Assembly (NCBI RefSeq): GCF_006345805.1
Contig: NC_042999.1
Location: 27,900,001-27,964,000, forward strand
Origin: Octopus sinensis
Lineage: Eukaryota
Direction: 5' to 3'
DNA length: 64,000 bases
Shown here: in pieces, positions 1 to 11,857 of the stretch
Position numbering within the stretch: position 1 is the stretch's first letter
Layout: each line of letters begins with the position of its first letter
Program-made: the position numbers and the translations under genes
Notes under the pieces: model-generated
Databases searched by the model: none
Seen by the model: the letters and a program-made list of their open reading frames with translations, nothing else
Told to the model about the DNA's origin: nothing

Positions 1-54
1 ATATATAATATATATATATATATATATACATATATATATACATATATATACATA

Positions 55-97
<43 letters not shown>

Positions 98-175
98 GTA
101 CATAATACATACATACATACATACATACGTATACTTACAAATGATAATGTGCGAACATACATACACACACACACA
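1..175. repeat. (TA)n/(TACA)n/(CA)n compound microsatellite
   Basis: Simple repeats read directly from the sequence. Confidence 0.95.
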
Positions 176-602
176 TAGTGAACTACACCAACCACCGGAA
201 GTTTCCCAAACACTTTTGTGCGTGTGTGTCTGAAAAAGGCTCATCATTGGCTGAATTATTGCTGACGTATGAAAGTGTTAACAGGAAATACTGGTAATAG
301 CGACGGTGGGTTAATATCAAAACTGGTGTATAACAACATAAATGGCGGCGTTGTCGCTTATTCTTTTATTTTGATTTGCTATATAAATGATTGCCAATTG
401 CTGTATGGTAATAAAATAACATAGATCCCATGCATGTGTATGTGTGTGTTTATGTGCATGTGCATGTGTGCACATATGTATGTGTTCGTACGTGTGTGAA
501 GTTAAGGCGATATCAATGAGCAAAAAACTAAAATTTAGCTTAAATAACTTTAAGCAGCTAAGCTGAATAGAGTCGGTAACACTGATGTCTACTTATTGGC
601 AG

Positions 603-636
603 ATTTTCAAGACTGACCGGTCTTGCGTTCGTTAGA
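603..636 (-). ncRNA. Degenerate hammerhead-like motif downstream of a Penelope-like fossil
   Basis: Minus strand reads CTAACGA-ACGC-AAGAC-cggtca-GTCTT-GAAA. The core deviates from CUGANGA and stem I is not evident. Position 3' of the GIY-YIG remnant is the main support. Confidence 0.3.
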
Positions 637-774
637 CTTCGAATTTTTGATCTAGGAGTAGCATCTATACGCATGGGTCTTACTTGTGGTTGAGTGTGTC
701 GAATGCGATATGGTAGGAATGAGTTTTCTTAGAGAATATGAAAGGTTTACAATATTTCAGAACTCTAAAAGTTC

Positions 775-1115
775 TATGTCGACATGAAGAAATAAGAATA
801 ATAAAATGGTTTAAGTTTGGAGAAGAGAACTTTATAGGGCTCTGTAAAAGTAGAACTGATATAGTTACTTAAATATGACTTGGCAGAGGACTTAGTAAAA
901 TTGTAGGGTGGATTGGTTTCTTTCAAAAACTAGAAGTGCAACGATACTGAAGTAGCATATTTCTACTTGGGTGCCGGAATGAATCTATGTGGTGCTTAAA
1001 TCTTATTTTGAATTGATTTGCCATTAAACCTATGTAAGAGTGGGAAGAATTGATGTTAACAATGTCTCAGTATATAATATATATTTTACTAGGTAATTGT
1101 CTTCGATTGGAAATA
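775..1115 (-). mobile_element. Penelope-like element fossil, GIY-YIG endonuclease region (stops and frameshifts)
   Basis: Manual minus-strand translation gives FPIEDNYLVKYILY / NSSHSYIGLMANQFKIRFKHHIDSFRHP / FTEPYKVLFSKLKP, matching the PLE GIY-YIG pattern (IVY..YIG.T...F..R...H..SF). Confidence 0.7.
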
Positions 1116-1663
1116 TATTGGTATTTGTAGATTTGCCTTTGGGTATTCACTTAATTATATGTATCTTCTTATACGGGCGCATGTCTGTTAATGTTTAAGT
1201 ATCCGAATATATGAAATATTGAACGTTCAAGTGTGGAGGTGTAATCGATGTCATGGGCCTGTAAAAGAGTTACTCAGGAGGACGATATGATTATTGACAG
1301 AAGAAAAGGAGTGGAAAGCAGAAGTATAATAAACCTATATGCATATATACAAACAACAATATGCGCTATTAACTCCTTTCGCATATTATGTATTTATGCC
1401 ATTCATACATGCAGAGGGCACACTCGAGTAAACACGTTCATATAAACAGATATAATTATATGCATTGTTTCTGTGTGTTTCTGTGTATGATTATACACCG
1501 CGATGTTACGTCACTTCCGCTCGCCGGTCGTTCCTTGCAGCATTTCTGTGTTCAGTGTGGCTATGTTCAGAGGCCATCCGGCCTCCCGCCTCCGTCGTCA
1601 ACTGGAAGTTATTTTGCCTCTTCGTTCTACAGTCCCTTATGGTCTCAATTCTTCACCCCTATT

Positions 1664-1767
1664 CATGGTTCTGTGATCGGTCCCGTATGTGGCACCTAGG
1701 GCAAGTTTCTTCTATAATTCCAGGCCGACCAATGCCCTTTTTGATAGGTTGAGAGACTGAAAGAAGC
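1664..1767 (+). mobile_element. Degenerate SINE B head fragment
   Basis: catggtt...ggcacctagggcaag...ggccgaccaatgcc...gactgaaagaagc resembles intact B copies such as 60593-61007. Confidence 0.55.
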
Positions 1768-1947
1768 TAGTTACACACCCGTGCGCGCGCACACATACAA
1801 AAAATACACATACACATATATACGAGAGTGTGTGTGTATATGTTTATATGCATATAATTGGCCATTCTCTATCTTCACAGTGAGATACGTGCATCACTTT
1901 CTACGTTTTCACTTTAACTTCTTTGATATTTCATCTCCCTCTCTCTT

Positions 1948-2057
1948 GATAAATAAAGTACCAGTTACGCACTGGGATCGATGAAATCGACTTAATCCCT
2001 TTGTCTGTCTTTGTTTGTCCCCTCTGTGTTTAGCCCCTTGTGGGTAGTAAAGAAATA
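1948..2057 (+). mobile_element. SINE A, 3' half
   Basis: gataaataaagtaccagttacgcactggg...tgggtagtaaagaaata matches the 3' half of the full copy at 4178-4408. Confidence 0.85.
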
Positions 2058-2706
2058 TATATGTACATGTGTACGTATGCATATATATTTATGTATATGT
2101 ATGTACGTATGTATATATGTATGAAGGCGTGTGTGAAAGTGTGTGAGTAGTTTTTAACGTGGACTATTTCTGTGAATAGTGATGTTAGTATTTGATGTGT
2201 GTTGGTGTCTGAATGTATACCATTGCTCCATTAAAACGATTTTAGGTATTTTTTCTTCTTATTGAAGTTTCAGTATCTCGATTTCCTTTGTCTTTCGCTC
2301 TTTACTTCACTGAAGAATGCCTGAGAAACACAAAAGACATCCTTTCTTATGCAATGCACACAAATTGCACCGTTTAAAACAGACGTCTACTTAGAACAAT
2401 TCTACATCTTTAGTCATATGCACCCAATGCGTACACATCAATTTCATCACAAACACCCTCTTAACAATTGCATACAAAACGACATACTCCCACATCCCCA
2501 CAAACTAACCTCACCAAATTCATTCTTGCTGATATCTATACTCAAGTATAGAATCCCTACCAACACACATTACACGAGTGCCTCTTACGCTCGCTTGTAG
2601 ACACACACGGACGTTTGCATGTACACAACATCCGCTCTTTCTTCAGAATTCTCGCCACAGATCGTCATCACTCCCTAGTCATAACACATCACCTTTTACC
2701 ACTATA

Positions 2707-3022
2707 AAAAAAAAAAACGTCGCCCTTTTCAAGCCTAGCCAAGGCTCATGGGCCCGGTTTCCCGGTTTCTGGGGCGTATGTGTTCCCTCCAGCTGGACGG
2801 GACGCCAGTCCATCGCAACGTTACTCACGAAACAGGAGGAGAGAGTAAGAGAAAATTGTGGCGAAAGAGTAAAACAGAAGTCGCCACCACACCTTGCTGG
2901 AGCTTCGTGGAGCTTTTTGGTGTTTTCGCTCAATAAACATACACAACGCCCGGTCTGGGAATCGAAACCGCGATCCTCCGACCGCAAGTTCGCTGCCCTA
3001 ACCACTGGGCCATTGCGCCTCC
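2707..3022 (-). mobile_element. tRNA-derived SINE (family C2), full length
   Basis: Minus-strand head GGAGGCGCAATGGCCCAGTGGTTAGGG...GGTTTCGATTCC has A/B boxes. Flanked by the direct repeat TTTTACCACTATA (2694-2706 / 3023-3035). Confidence 0.85.
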
Positions 3023-3569
3023 TTTTACCACTATAGGTCATAAAAATTAGTTTCATAAAATTAGTGTCATAAAATTAATTAAATTTTCATAATATTATAG
3101 CTTTGTACTTTTTCCTACACTTTTTCAATTTCTTTCTATATCTCTACCTTTGTTTATGTTTCTGTTCATGAGAAACCAAGGTCCGAAACGTTGACTCTTT
3201 CAACTTCTCAAGCGTAAAACTAATACTATACACGTCATACTTACGTTGAGCTGCTCTTTTTATACTTTACTTTTTATGTATGTATGTATGTATGTATGTA
3301 TGTATGTATGTATGTATGTATGTATGTGTATGTATGTGTGTATGTGTGTATGTGTCTTCATTTAAATTCTTCCTCTGAAGGAGCTGGTTTCCAACAAAGA
3401 TACAAAGCTCCATCTTTGGAATGTAGATAACGAAAACAATGTCACATTTTAAAACTGAGAAATGTCTTGCATAGTTTTACTGTTCCGCTTAAAAATTGTA
3501 TTTGTATTGTACGAGTCGGTTGGTTGATTGTTGCCTAGGCATTATGTCAGTTATGAATGTACTTACAAA

Positions 3570-3740
3570 ACCAAGTGCTCTAATTATTATTTGGTATAAA
3601 TGTATATTTGTAATCCGGTTAAAGAAATTGAAGGTTTTGAAGCAGTTGTCTATAGATATCTTCTTTCTCTTTGATTTTCAAAGAGATATTCACATTAGCA
3701 GGACAGCTGACCTCTGTGACGCTACATACTTTTTCTTGTC
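3570..3740 (-). mobile_element. R4/Dong-like non-LTR retrotransposon, restriction-like endonuclease fragment
   Basis: EKVCSVTEVSCPANVNISLKIKEKEDIYRQLLQNLQFL*PDYKYTFIP; the same family is at 50744-51131. Confidence 0.65.
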
Positions 3741-4177
3741 TGTATTTATGTATGCATTCGTGTGTGTGACTGCGTGGGTGCTTCCAGACACAAGCTGGAA
3801 TCTGAGTGTAACTGGGTGTATGTCCATATACATGAAGTTTCAATGTAAATGCATTTTCTTTCTTCGGGGTGAGTGAGGTCATCTTATATCTAGATCTCCG
3901 CAACTCAGTGTGTGTTAGTATAAATGTGTGCGTATGTGAGTGCGCGCGTATGAATGTTTCTATGTATGTGTATTTGTGTGTTTCTGTGTGTGTATGTCCC
4001 GTTCATTCAACGTGTGCTTCAATAACTTATGGGTGTGTCTTGCCTCTCTCTCAACAGACTGGTGTACGTGGAATCTGTGTGTGTATGTATATATGTACAT
4101 GTATGTATCTGTGTATGTATGTATATAGGTCTATGTATGTATAAATGTACATGTGTATATATGTACCTGTACATGAA

Positions 4178-4408
4178 GGCGGCGAGCTGGCAGAAACGTT
4201 AGCACGCCGGGCGAAATGCGTAGCCGTATTTCGTCTGTCGTTACGTTCCGAGTTCAAATTCAGCCGAGGTCGACTTTACCTTTCATCCTTTCGGGGTCAA
4301 TAAATTAAGTACCAGTTACGCACTAGGGTCGATGAAATCGACTTAATCCCTTTGTCTGTCCTTGTTTGTCCCCTCTGTGTTTAGCCCCTTGTGGGTTGTA
4401 AAGAAATA
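4178..4408 (+). mobile_element. SINE A monomer, full length (231 bp)
   Basis: Head GGCGGCGAGCTGGCAGAAACGTTAGC (A-box-like), B-box GAGTTCAAATTC, tail ...AAAGAAATA. Confidence 0.9.
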
Positions 4409-5364
4409 TATATTTACATGTGTACGTATGCATATATATTTATGTATATGTATGTATGTACGTATGTATATATGTATGAAGGCGTGTGTGAAAGTGTGTG
4501 AGTAGTTTTTAACGTGGACTATTTCTGTGAATAGTGATGTTAGTATTTGATGTGTTTTGGTAATTGAATATATACCATTGCTCCAATAAAATTAACAAGA
4601 ATTATATGTCGTCGCAACAACTTACCAATTACAATCTTTAGATAATATTGAAAACCAGAAAGAGGTAAAATAAGATTGTCATGAGGTGGTAATTCCATAT
4701 CATCGAGTAAATGATATGGATTTGCCGATAGTTGAGTTAGGTTCTGGCTGCTCAAAACTCTCGAATGATTAACAGAATTTCATTTGTCGCACTAATGTTT
4801 TCCATGTTGGTCTTGAATCAAAAATGCAACAGCAAAGTTTACACACTAGAAGGACAATTCTGTAGTTATTAAAAATATTTGGTTATGTAGGCTCTGTAAA
4901 TAAGCTGTCACGACAGGAGAAAATACCATGCTGGCTTCATGACTGCAAAACTGCAGCTGCTGTCTACTCGGTTGAGTAAGGAGTCATTAGAACGAATGTC
5001 GAATACAGCAAAATGAGAACGTGGTTTGCTTAGCGGCGATACTCCACAAATTGAAATTTGGCGCCCCAAAGCATGCCTGTTTATAGGACTTGTTAGGAGA
5101 CATTCAAAAAGCTGCATCACGTGATCTCCCGATGCCGATTGGTCAAATACTTAGCCGATCACTTGGAATAGCTGCTACTAAGCTACGCTTTTTAACTTGG
5201 TAATTTGCCGATTTGGTTTCGAATTTCCTACAAGGTATTATTAACTTGATACTATTGAAGTTATAGATTTATAACACAACAAGAATAGCTGTAAAAGTAA
5301 TAACATCAACAATGTCAAATAGAAATGAAACAAAAAAGATATAATAGCAAAATAATACACAATA

Positions 5365-5768
5365 GGCGTAAGAGTGGCTGTGTGGTAAGTAGCTTGCTTA
5401 CGAACCACATGGGCTCTGGGTTCAGTCCCACTGCGTAGCACCTTGGGCAAGTGTCTTCTACTATAGCTCAGGCCAACCAAAGCCTCGTGAGTGGATTTGG
5501 TAGACGGAAACTGAAAGAAGCCTGTCGTGTATATAAATATATTGTGTGTGTGTGTCTGTCTGCGTCTGTGTTTGTCCCCCCAACATCACTTGGCAACCGA
5601 TGTTGGTGTGTTTACGTCCCCGTAACTTAGCGGTTCGGCAAAGAGACCGATAGAATAAGTACTAGGCTTACAAAGAATAAGTCCTGGGGTCGATTTGCTC
5701 GACTAAAGGCAGTGCTCCAGCATGGCCACAGTCAAATGACTGAAACAAGTAAAATAGTAAAAAGAGAG
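5365..5768 (+). mobile_element. SINE B, full length, with internal microsatellite
   Basis: A-box TGGCTGTGTGGT, B-box GGGTTCAGTCCC, tail GGCAGTGCTCCAGCATGGCCACAGTCAAATGACTGAAAC. Confidence 0.9.
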
Positions 5769-6194
5769 TAATAGAACATTGTGACACACCAACATATATA
5801 CACACCAACATATATACACTCGTACATACATACGTGCACACACATATCTGTGCCCATAAATGTGTCTTACTTTTTTGTACAAGTTTAAGTCTCTTGCTAC
5901 TGATGATGAGATGATACTGGCCAATTATCATGCTGATGACGCTTATTAGGGATGGAATACGTGAACACAACTGTCCTTTGATGTCCAGACGATAAACCTG
6001 ACCTATTCCTTAATGGTATGACAACTTTGGAGAATTCTTAATTCTTAACATTATCTCCCCTTCTCATATGGAGCTGTTCTCCATCACTAAATGGTAATTC
6101 TGATACTTCTTCTTGCGGCGGAGATAATTTTAATAAATTAAGAATTTAAGTTCTATGCTATTTGATACAACTGTATGTGTGTGTGTGTATCTAC

Positions 6195-6231
6195 ATCTAT
6201 CTGTCTATTTGTCTGTCTGTCTGTTTGTCTG

Positions 6232-6301
<70 letters not shown>

Positions 6302-6320
6302 CATCCATCCATCCAACTAT

Positions 6321-6392
<72 letters not shown>

Positions 6393-6546
6393 ATCTATCT
6401 ATCTATCTATCTATATCTATATATATCTATATCTATCTATATCTATCTATATCTATCTATATAAATCTATCTATATATATCTATCTATCTATATCTATCT
6501 ATATCTATCTATATCTATATCTATCTATCTATATCTATCTATATAG

Positions 6547-6612
<66 letters not shown>
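6195..6612. repeat. (TCTA)n microsatellite, 5' flank of the Tx1 LINE
   Basis: Direct observation. Confidence 0.95.
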
Positions 6613-6616
<4 letters not shown>

Positions 6617-8488
6617 ACGTATTGACTCTTGAGCCACTACTGCGGAAGCTGGCGACTCTGAGGGGCATCCCGCGAGAATTAGGATGCGGGACGAGCGTGT
6701 CTGCATACGCGGACGACGTCACCGTCATAGTGTCAAGCCACGAGCACATCGAGCGGGTCGGCGAGACACTGAAAGACTACGAAGCGGTGACAGGAGCAAA
6801 AATCAACCGGGAAAAGTCAGTGGGCTTGCGGCTCGGCACCTGGAGAAGCAAACCCATGCCGTCCACCAGTACCTCCGTCGTGGGACGCTGGACAGACGGC
6901 CGGTTGAGTTGCTCGGGGTCTGGTTCGGTCCGGACTTCCAAATGGAGAAGAACTGGAACGAGATAACGAGTAGGGTGGTCACTCTCGCCCAGCAATGGGC
7001 CGAGAGGAAACTGTCCCTAAAAGGTCGGGCGGAGGTGGTGAACGCGTACATCGCGTCCATCATCTACTACCGCCTGACCGTCGTACCTTGTCCCGACCCT
7101 ACCATCACCAAACTAGAACGCATCCTCTTCCGCTTCTTGTGGAAAGGATGCGTCCCGATGGTCAGGCGATCCATTTGCTGTCAACACCCGTTAAAAGGAG
7201 GGCTGGGCATGCCGTGGTTGATGATGCGCAGACGCGCTGAGACTGCGACATCTCCGGCTCTATGTAGACGACGGTGAACAGGTGTGGTCGCCGTTTGTGA
7301 GGCACGCATTCCCGCAACTCGTCTCCATGACCGAACTACAGTCGTGGATCAAAAAGAGGCCGAAGAAGGGCGAATGGCACCGCGAGTGTCGCGTTGCTCT
7401 CAAGCAACTCTGCCGTCCCGGGTCGACCTTGAGTGACTTCAACACAACCAAAGCATTCTATAGGGGATTAGTGGAGGGGAGGTACGACGACGAGCTCGGG
7501 GCAAACCTGGGCGTCGACGAGGAATACCTGACCCGCCTGTTTCAAACGACTTTCGGCCGGGACCTATGGACAACTTCCAGAGATCCCTGGCCTGGCGGTG
7601 CTACCGAGAAGCGCTACCCGTTCGGGATAAGCTCTATAGGCATGGCTCGAGAAACACGGGGCCGACCTGCCCGAGATGCGGTCAGAGCGACGAAACCGCT
7701 CTGCACGCAATCGTGCAGTGTCCAGCAATTTCCCACCTGTGGGCTTATGTCGAACGACTGCTGTCACGTGTGGGACGTGTCGGTTTATCCGCCGAGTCTA
7801 TCGTTAATATCGTCACGCCTCCTTCCTTCAAACGGGAAGGAAGAGCTATTTTTATCATACTTGTGGCTATGCCGAAAGAATGTATCTGGTGGACGCGTCT
7901 GAAAGGATTAGAGACAAACACTTTCCTCTCTGGTCAATCTCTCATCAACTTCTTCAAGTATCACTTGAAGAAAAAAGTGAGAGTAGAGAGGCAAGTTTTG
8001 TCTAGTGAATGTTTTAAAAAAAGATGGGTGAATGTAGCAAGGATGGCACGTATGAATGACGAAGCCACCTTGACTATGATTCTATGAACCGTAAAAATTA
8101 ATACAGAGAGTTGCTTATTTGCAAAAAAAAAAAAAAAGAAATATAACATGTGACTTCATTGACCGAGGTTACCGTGGTCTTTTCCGTAGGCTTTTCTTTC
8201 CACGGGTAAACCTCACCTGTCCTCCCCTTTACACTTCATATTGACATTTCTGTGATAACGATCCCTATTGATCAATTTTTTTCCTCTCCCCCTTTTTTTG
8301 TCCTCCTTCTCTCCTTTTACGATCCCTTTTGATCGACCCCCCTTTTTTATTTTATTTTATTTTTTATTTTATTATTATTATTATTATTATTATTTTTTTT
8401 TTTTTTTTTTTTTTTAAACCTTCAAAAGAAAAGCTCTACCTTGTAATTTGTTCTATCTGTGTGCAGCCCTGTGTGGCTAATAAAGAAA
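6613..8488 (+). mobile_element. 5'-truncated Tx1/L1-clade LINE (RT C-terminus, CCHC zinc finger, 3' UTR), several frameshifts
   Basis: LYVLTLEPLL..SAYADDVTV..GAKINREKS; LSLKGRAEVVNAYIASII; GGLGMPW; CPRCGQSDETALHAIVQC. Pieces lie in ORFs 6622-6966, 6684-7277, 7282-7902 and 7566-8087. Ends ...GGCTAATAAAGAAA. Confidence 0.9.
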
Positions 8489-8521
8489 CATATCTCTATC
8501 TATCTATCTATCTATCTATCT

Positions 8522-8553
<32 letters not shown>

Positions 8554-8630
8554 CTATCTATCTATATCTATCTATATCTATCTATCTATATCTATCTATA
8601 TCTATCTACCTATATCTACCTATATATGTA
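8489..8630. repeat. (TCTA)n microsatellite, 3' flank of the Tx1 LINE
   Basis: Direct observation. Confidence 0.9.
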
Positions 8631-9476
8631 TATAATCTTACGTTCACTGTACATGCTGGCATAGGCTAGACAATCATATTATGTATGTATGTTTCCATTT
8701 CGGAGGTTGAACCCTCTTTACAGCGGGATATCCCGTTTGTAATTCTAACCCCTTTACAGAGCGTACAAAGAAAAATTTATCGTAGCATCATCGCTAAAGA
8801 AATTGTTATATCTTTATGAAACTAAATCGGTTATTTTTACCCTACACTTAGCATAACTGTAGTGTATCGTCACCACTACATTAGGAACCATTTGCAATAT
8901 TCTTGACAAGACTTACGGATGTATTCGATCTAAGCATATCTTTGCTCTCATGCTTCCTCTTTTCCATTGTGTTGGAGAGTGAACAAGTCTCTTACGGGTA
9001 CAAATCTTTCCCCGTAAATTTAGTAAGTATTTTCCAGTCTTTAATTTATTAATTCATCCAGAGCTACGTGCATGGGAGCTGCAGACAAGAGTATAACGGT
9101 AACAAAAGAACCCAACATTGGATGGAGAAGGTAGCAAGAATGCGATGGTAAAGACAAAATGATAAGTTAAAAAGGGAAGATAACTGTTGATATGATGTTC
9201 ATAGGATGTATATGTGTGTTTGAATGTATATATGAATATGTATGTATGCATGTATGTAAGTATGTTTGTATGTATGTATGTATGTATGTATGTATGTATG
9301 TATGTATTCATACATACATTTGTAGGCGCACGCATGTATTTACAAGCAGGTAGGAGGTAGCATTTCTTTCAGATATGTATGAAAGACACCACTACTATGT
9401 TCGATTTTGTTAATAATAAGATTTTTTTGTATGTTTTCTTATTAGTTCTTTATGTTAAATCCTTCATTCTTACATC

Positions 9477-9888
9477 GGATCTTTTCGGTTTGAACGGCAT
9501 TTTTTTCTAGCGGTGTCATATGAAATTGTCACCCATAATTATGACCCTAGTATCGATCTATTGCATTTCAATGTTTTAGGGTTAGGGTTAGGGGTGGGGT
9601 AAGGGTATCTTTTTTCCTTCTCAAATTTAAATAAACCCAATCTGTTTCTTAAACGAGGGACATATTCATACGACACAATGTTTTTTTTACCTCAATAGAC
9701 GTCAGTGATTGGTTGAAATTGCAGAAATTAAAGAAAAAAACAACAAATATCTTACAAACTATAGAATTTTCTCAATAAAGCCAAGAGAAAAAATGTTTTA
9801 TAAACACATTCTACCAGCATACGAAGTTTAAAAATTTTTAGTTACCTAGAAATTATGTTAAAAACTGCCGTTCAAACCGAAAAGGTCC
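9477..9888 (+). mobile_element. ~415-bp MITE, copy 1 (Merlin-like)
   Basis: ~29-bp TIR GGATCTTTTCGGTTTGAACGGCA(G)TTTTT; TSD CTTACATC / CTCACATC (7/8). Confidence 0.9.
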
Positions 9889-10089
9889 CTCACATCTATT
9901 AATTCATAAATGTTTCAAGACCTTTATTATCTCAACATTAGAATGAAGAGACACTAGTTATATCGCGTTGTAAACGTGTTGTGCAGTAGATCGAAACGAT
10001 CGTGGAAATAGCTAATAAAAACGTCAACGCTCGTTTAAAAACAGTTAGCGCCGAGTTAACCGCATGTTTTATTTTATACGTGATATATA

Positions 10090-10408
10090 ATGTTGTTTGT
10101 TTGTTTGTTCCTTCTCGAGCCATGCCTGGCTCGTAAGGGCCGGTTTCCCGGTTTCTTGGCGTATAGGTTCTCCACCTGGACGGGACGCCGGTCCGTCACA
10201 GGTGAACTGCAAGATGCAGAAGGAAAGAGTGAGAGAAAGTTGTGGTGGCGAAAGAGTCAGCCGAAGATTCGCCATTACCTTCTGCCGGAGCCGTGTGGGG
10301 CTTAGATGTTTACGCTCATAAACACACACATCACTCGGTCTGAGACTCGAACTCGCGATCCCTCGACCGCGAGTCCGCTGCTCTAACCACTAGGCCATGT
10401 GCCTCCAT
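10090..10408 (-). mobile_element. tRNA-derived SINE C, full length
   Basis: Minus-strand head GGAGGCACATGGCCTAGTGGTTAGAGCAGCGG...GAGTTCGAGTCTC; (AAAC)n tail; TSD GTGATATATA (10080-10089 / 10409-10418). Confidence 0.9.
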
Positions 10409-10754
10409 GTGATATATATTATATGTGTACGGTTGTATTCTACCATAAATAAAGCTTCCATAGTTATTTGTTTATTTATTGTGGGATTCTATAGAATTTT
10501 TGTGCAATCAACTGAATGTTTACTAATTTTAGTAACTTCGATCTAAGCACATCATTGTACTGCAATACAATGAGTTGAGACAGCGTTTTGTTGTGAATGG
10601 TATATCGGCGAGAAAGTCGTAATTGTAAGTCAAATACTAGGTTTACATATTACATTAGTTGCTTGAAGTACTTTCTGTAGCTTTGTCATCTCGTATTGAT
10701 AAGGAGATTTCTCACCGTGGTGTTAACTTAATATTTTGCATGACTAAGTTCAAA

Positions 10755-11164
10755 GGATCTTTTCGGTTTGAACAGCAGTTTTTTTCTAGCGGTGTAATAT
10801 GAAATTGTCACCCATAATTATGACCATAGTATCGATCTATTGCATTTCAATCTGTTTTAGGGTTAGGGGTGGGGGAAGGGTAATGTTTTTTCTTCACAAA
10901 TGTAAATAAACCCAATCTGTTTCTTAAACGAGGGACATATTCATAGGGCACAGAATGTTTTTTAACTCAATAGGCGGTCATTGATTGGTTGAAATTGCAG
11001 AAATTGAAAAAAACCCAACAAATATCTTACAAACTATAGAATTTTCTCAATAAAGCCAAGAGAAAAATATGTTTTATAAACACGTTCTACCAGTATACGA
11101 AGTTTAAAATTTTTTAGTTACCTAGAAATTATGTTAAAAACTGCCGTTCAAACCGAAAAGATCC
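10755..11164 (+). mobile_element. MITE copy 2
   Basis: Same TIRs and body as copy 1; TSD AGTTCAAA / AGATCATA (6/8). Confidence 0.9.
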
Positions 11165-11462
11165 AGATCATAAGTTTGATACGATATACGTTGTTTTATG
11201 TCATTAAAGAAACTAATAAAACAGAACACAGTATGTATCACAGCTAGCAATAAGCTCATAGAACTCATCATCTATACCAAACAGCAAACTAGCAATCTCC
11301 AGAATAAACATAAAACAAAATAGTATTCGCGTATATATTTCAAAGTAAATTTAAAAGTCGTAAACATCGCGACTCACACTGTTACATCAGGCACAAATAC
11401 TTCTGTTTCTCGTCAGTTGACTGTGAATGTACATCAAAGGAACTTCGTAATTCTTTTTAATG

Positions 11463-11508
11463 CAACCGGACTAGTTTCAGACTTGTGTTTGGATTTCATT
11501 AGAGATTG
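11463..11508 (-). ncRNA. Degenerate minimal hammerhead ribozyme motif
   Basis: Minus strand reads CAATCT-CTAATGA-AATCC...GTCT-GAAA-CTAG-TC-CGGTTG, with a palindromic CTAG loop, GUC site and 5/6 stem I pairs. G5>A and a weakened stem II. Confidence 0.45.
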
Positions 11509-11819
11509 AGTGTCCTTTTCACATTTCTAGTAAGATAGTGTTTTGTAAAGCCGCTATTAGTTAGGACGCCAGTAAACTGGATTGATCAATTTGCATACAT
11601 AACAAATTATTAGCAGTTAACACATTTTACTAAATCGCTAGTCTGCTAACGTTGTTTTGTTTCTGCCATAGAATAAATCTGTAGATTTTTAGCCAATATT
11701 TTATGTATTATACGCATTATATACGGGCTTCGAGAACCAATTCCGACCACCTAAAAATTAAAGAGAAAATTATTTCACATTGTCAGCATCATACATACAT
11801 ATATACATACACACACACA

Positions 11820-11857
<38 letters not shown>

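Noticed and set aside
1497-1530. ETS-CRE-like motif (TTACGTCACTTCCGC) as a promoter; also CACGTG/CCAAT near 5118-5145
   Set aside because: Short motifs with no identifiable downstream gene; expected by chance in 64 kb.
4540-4755. Minus-strand ORF with a GTAAGT donor as an exon
   Set aside because: No recognisable protein similarity or convincing acceptor and frame.
9576-9594. Telomere or interstitial telomeric array
   Set aside because: Only 2-3 TTAGGG units, always inside the MITE.
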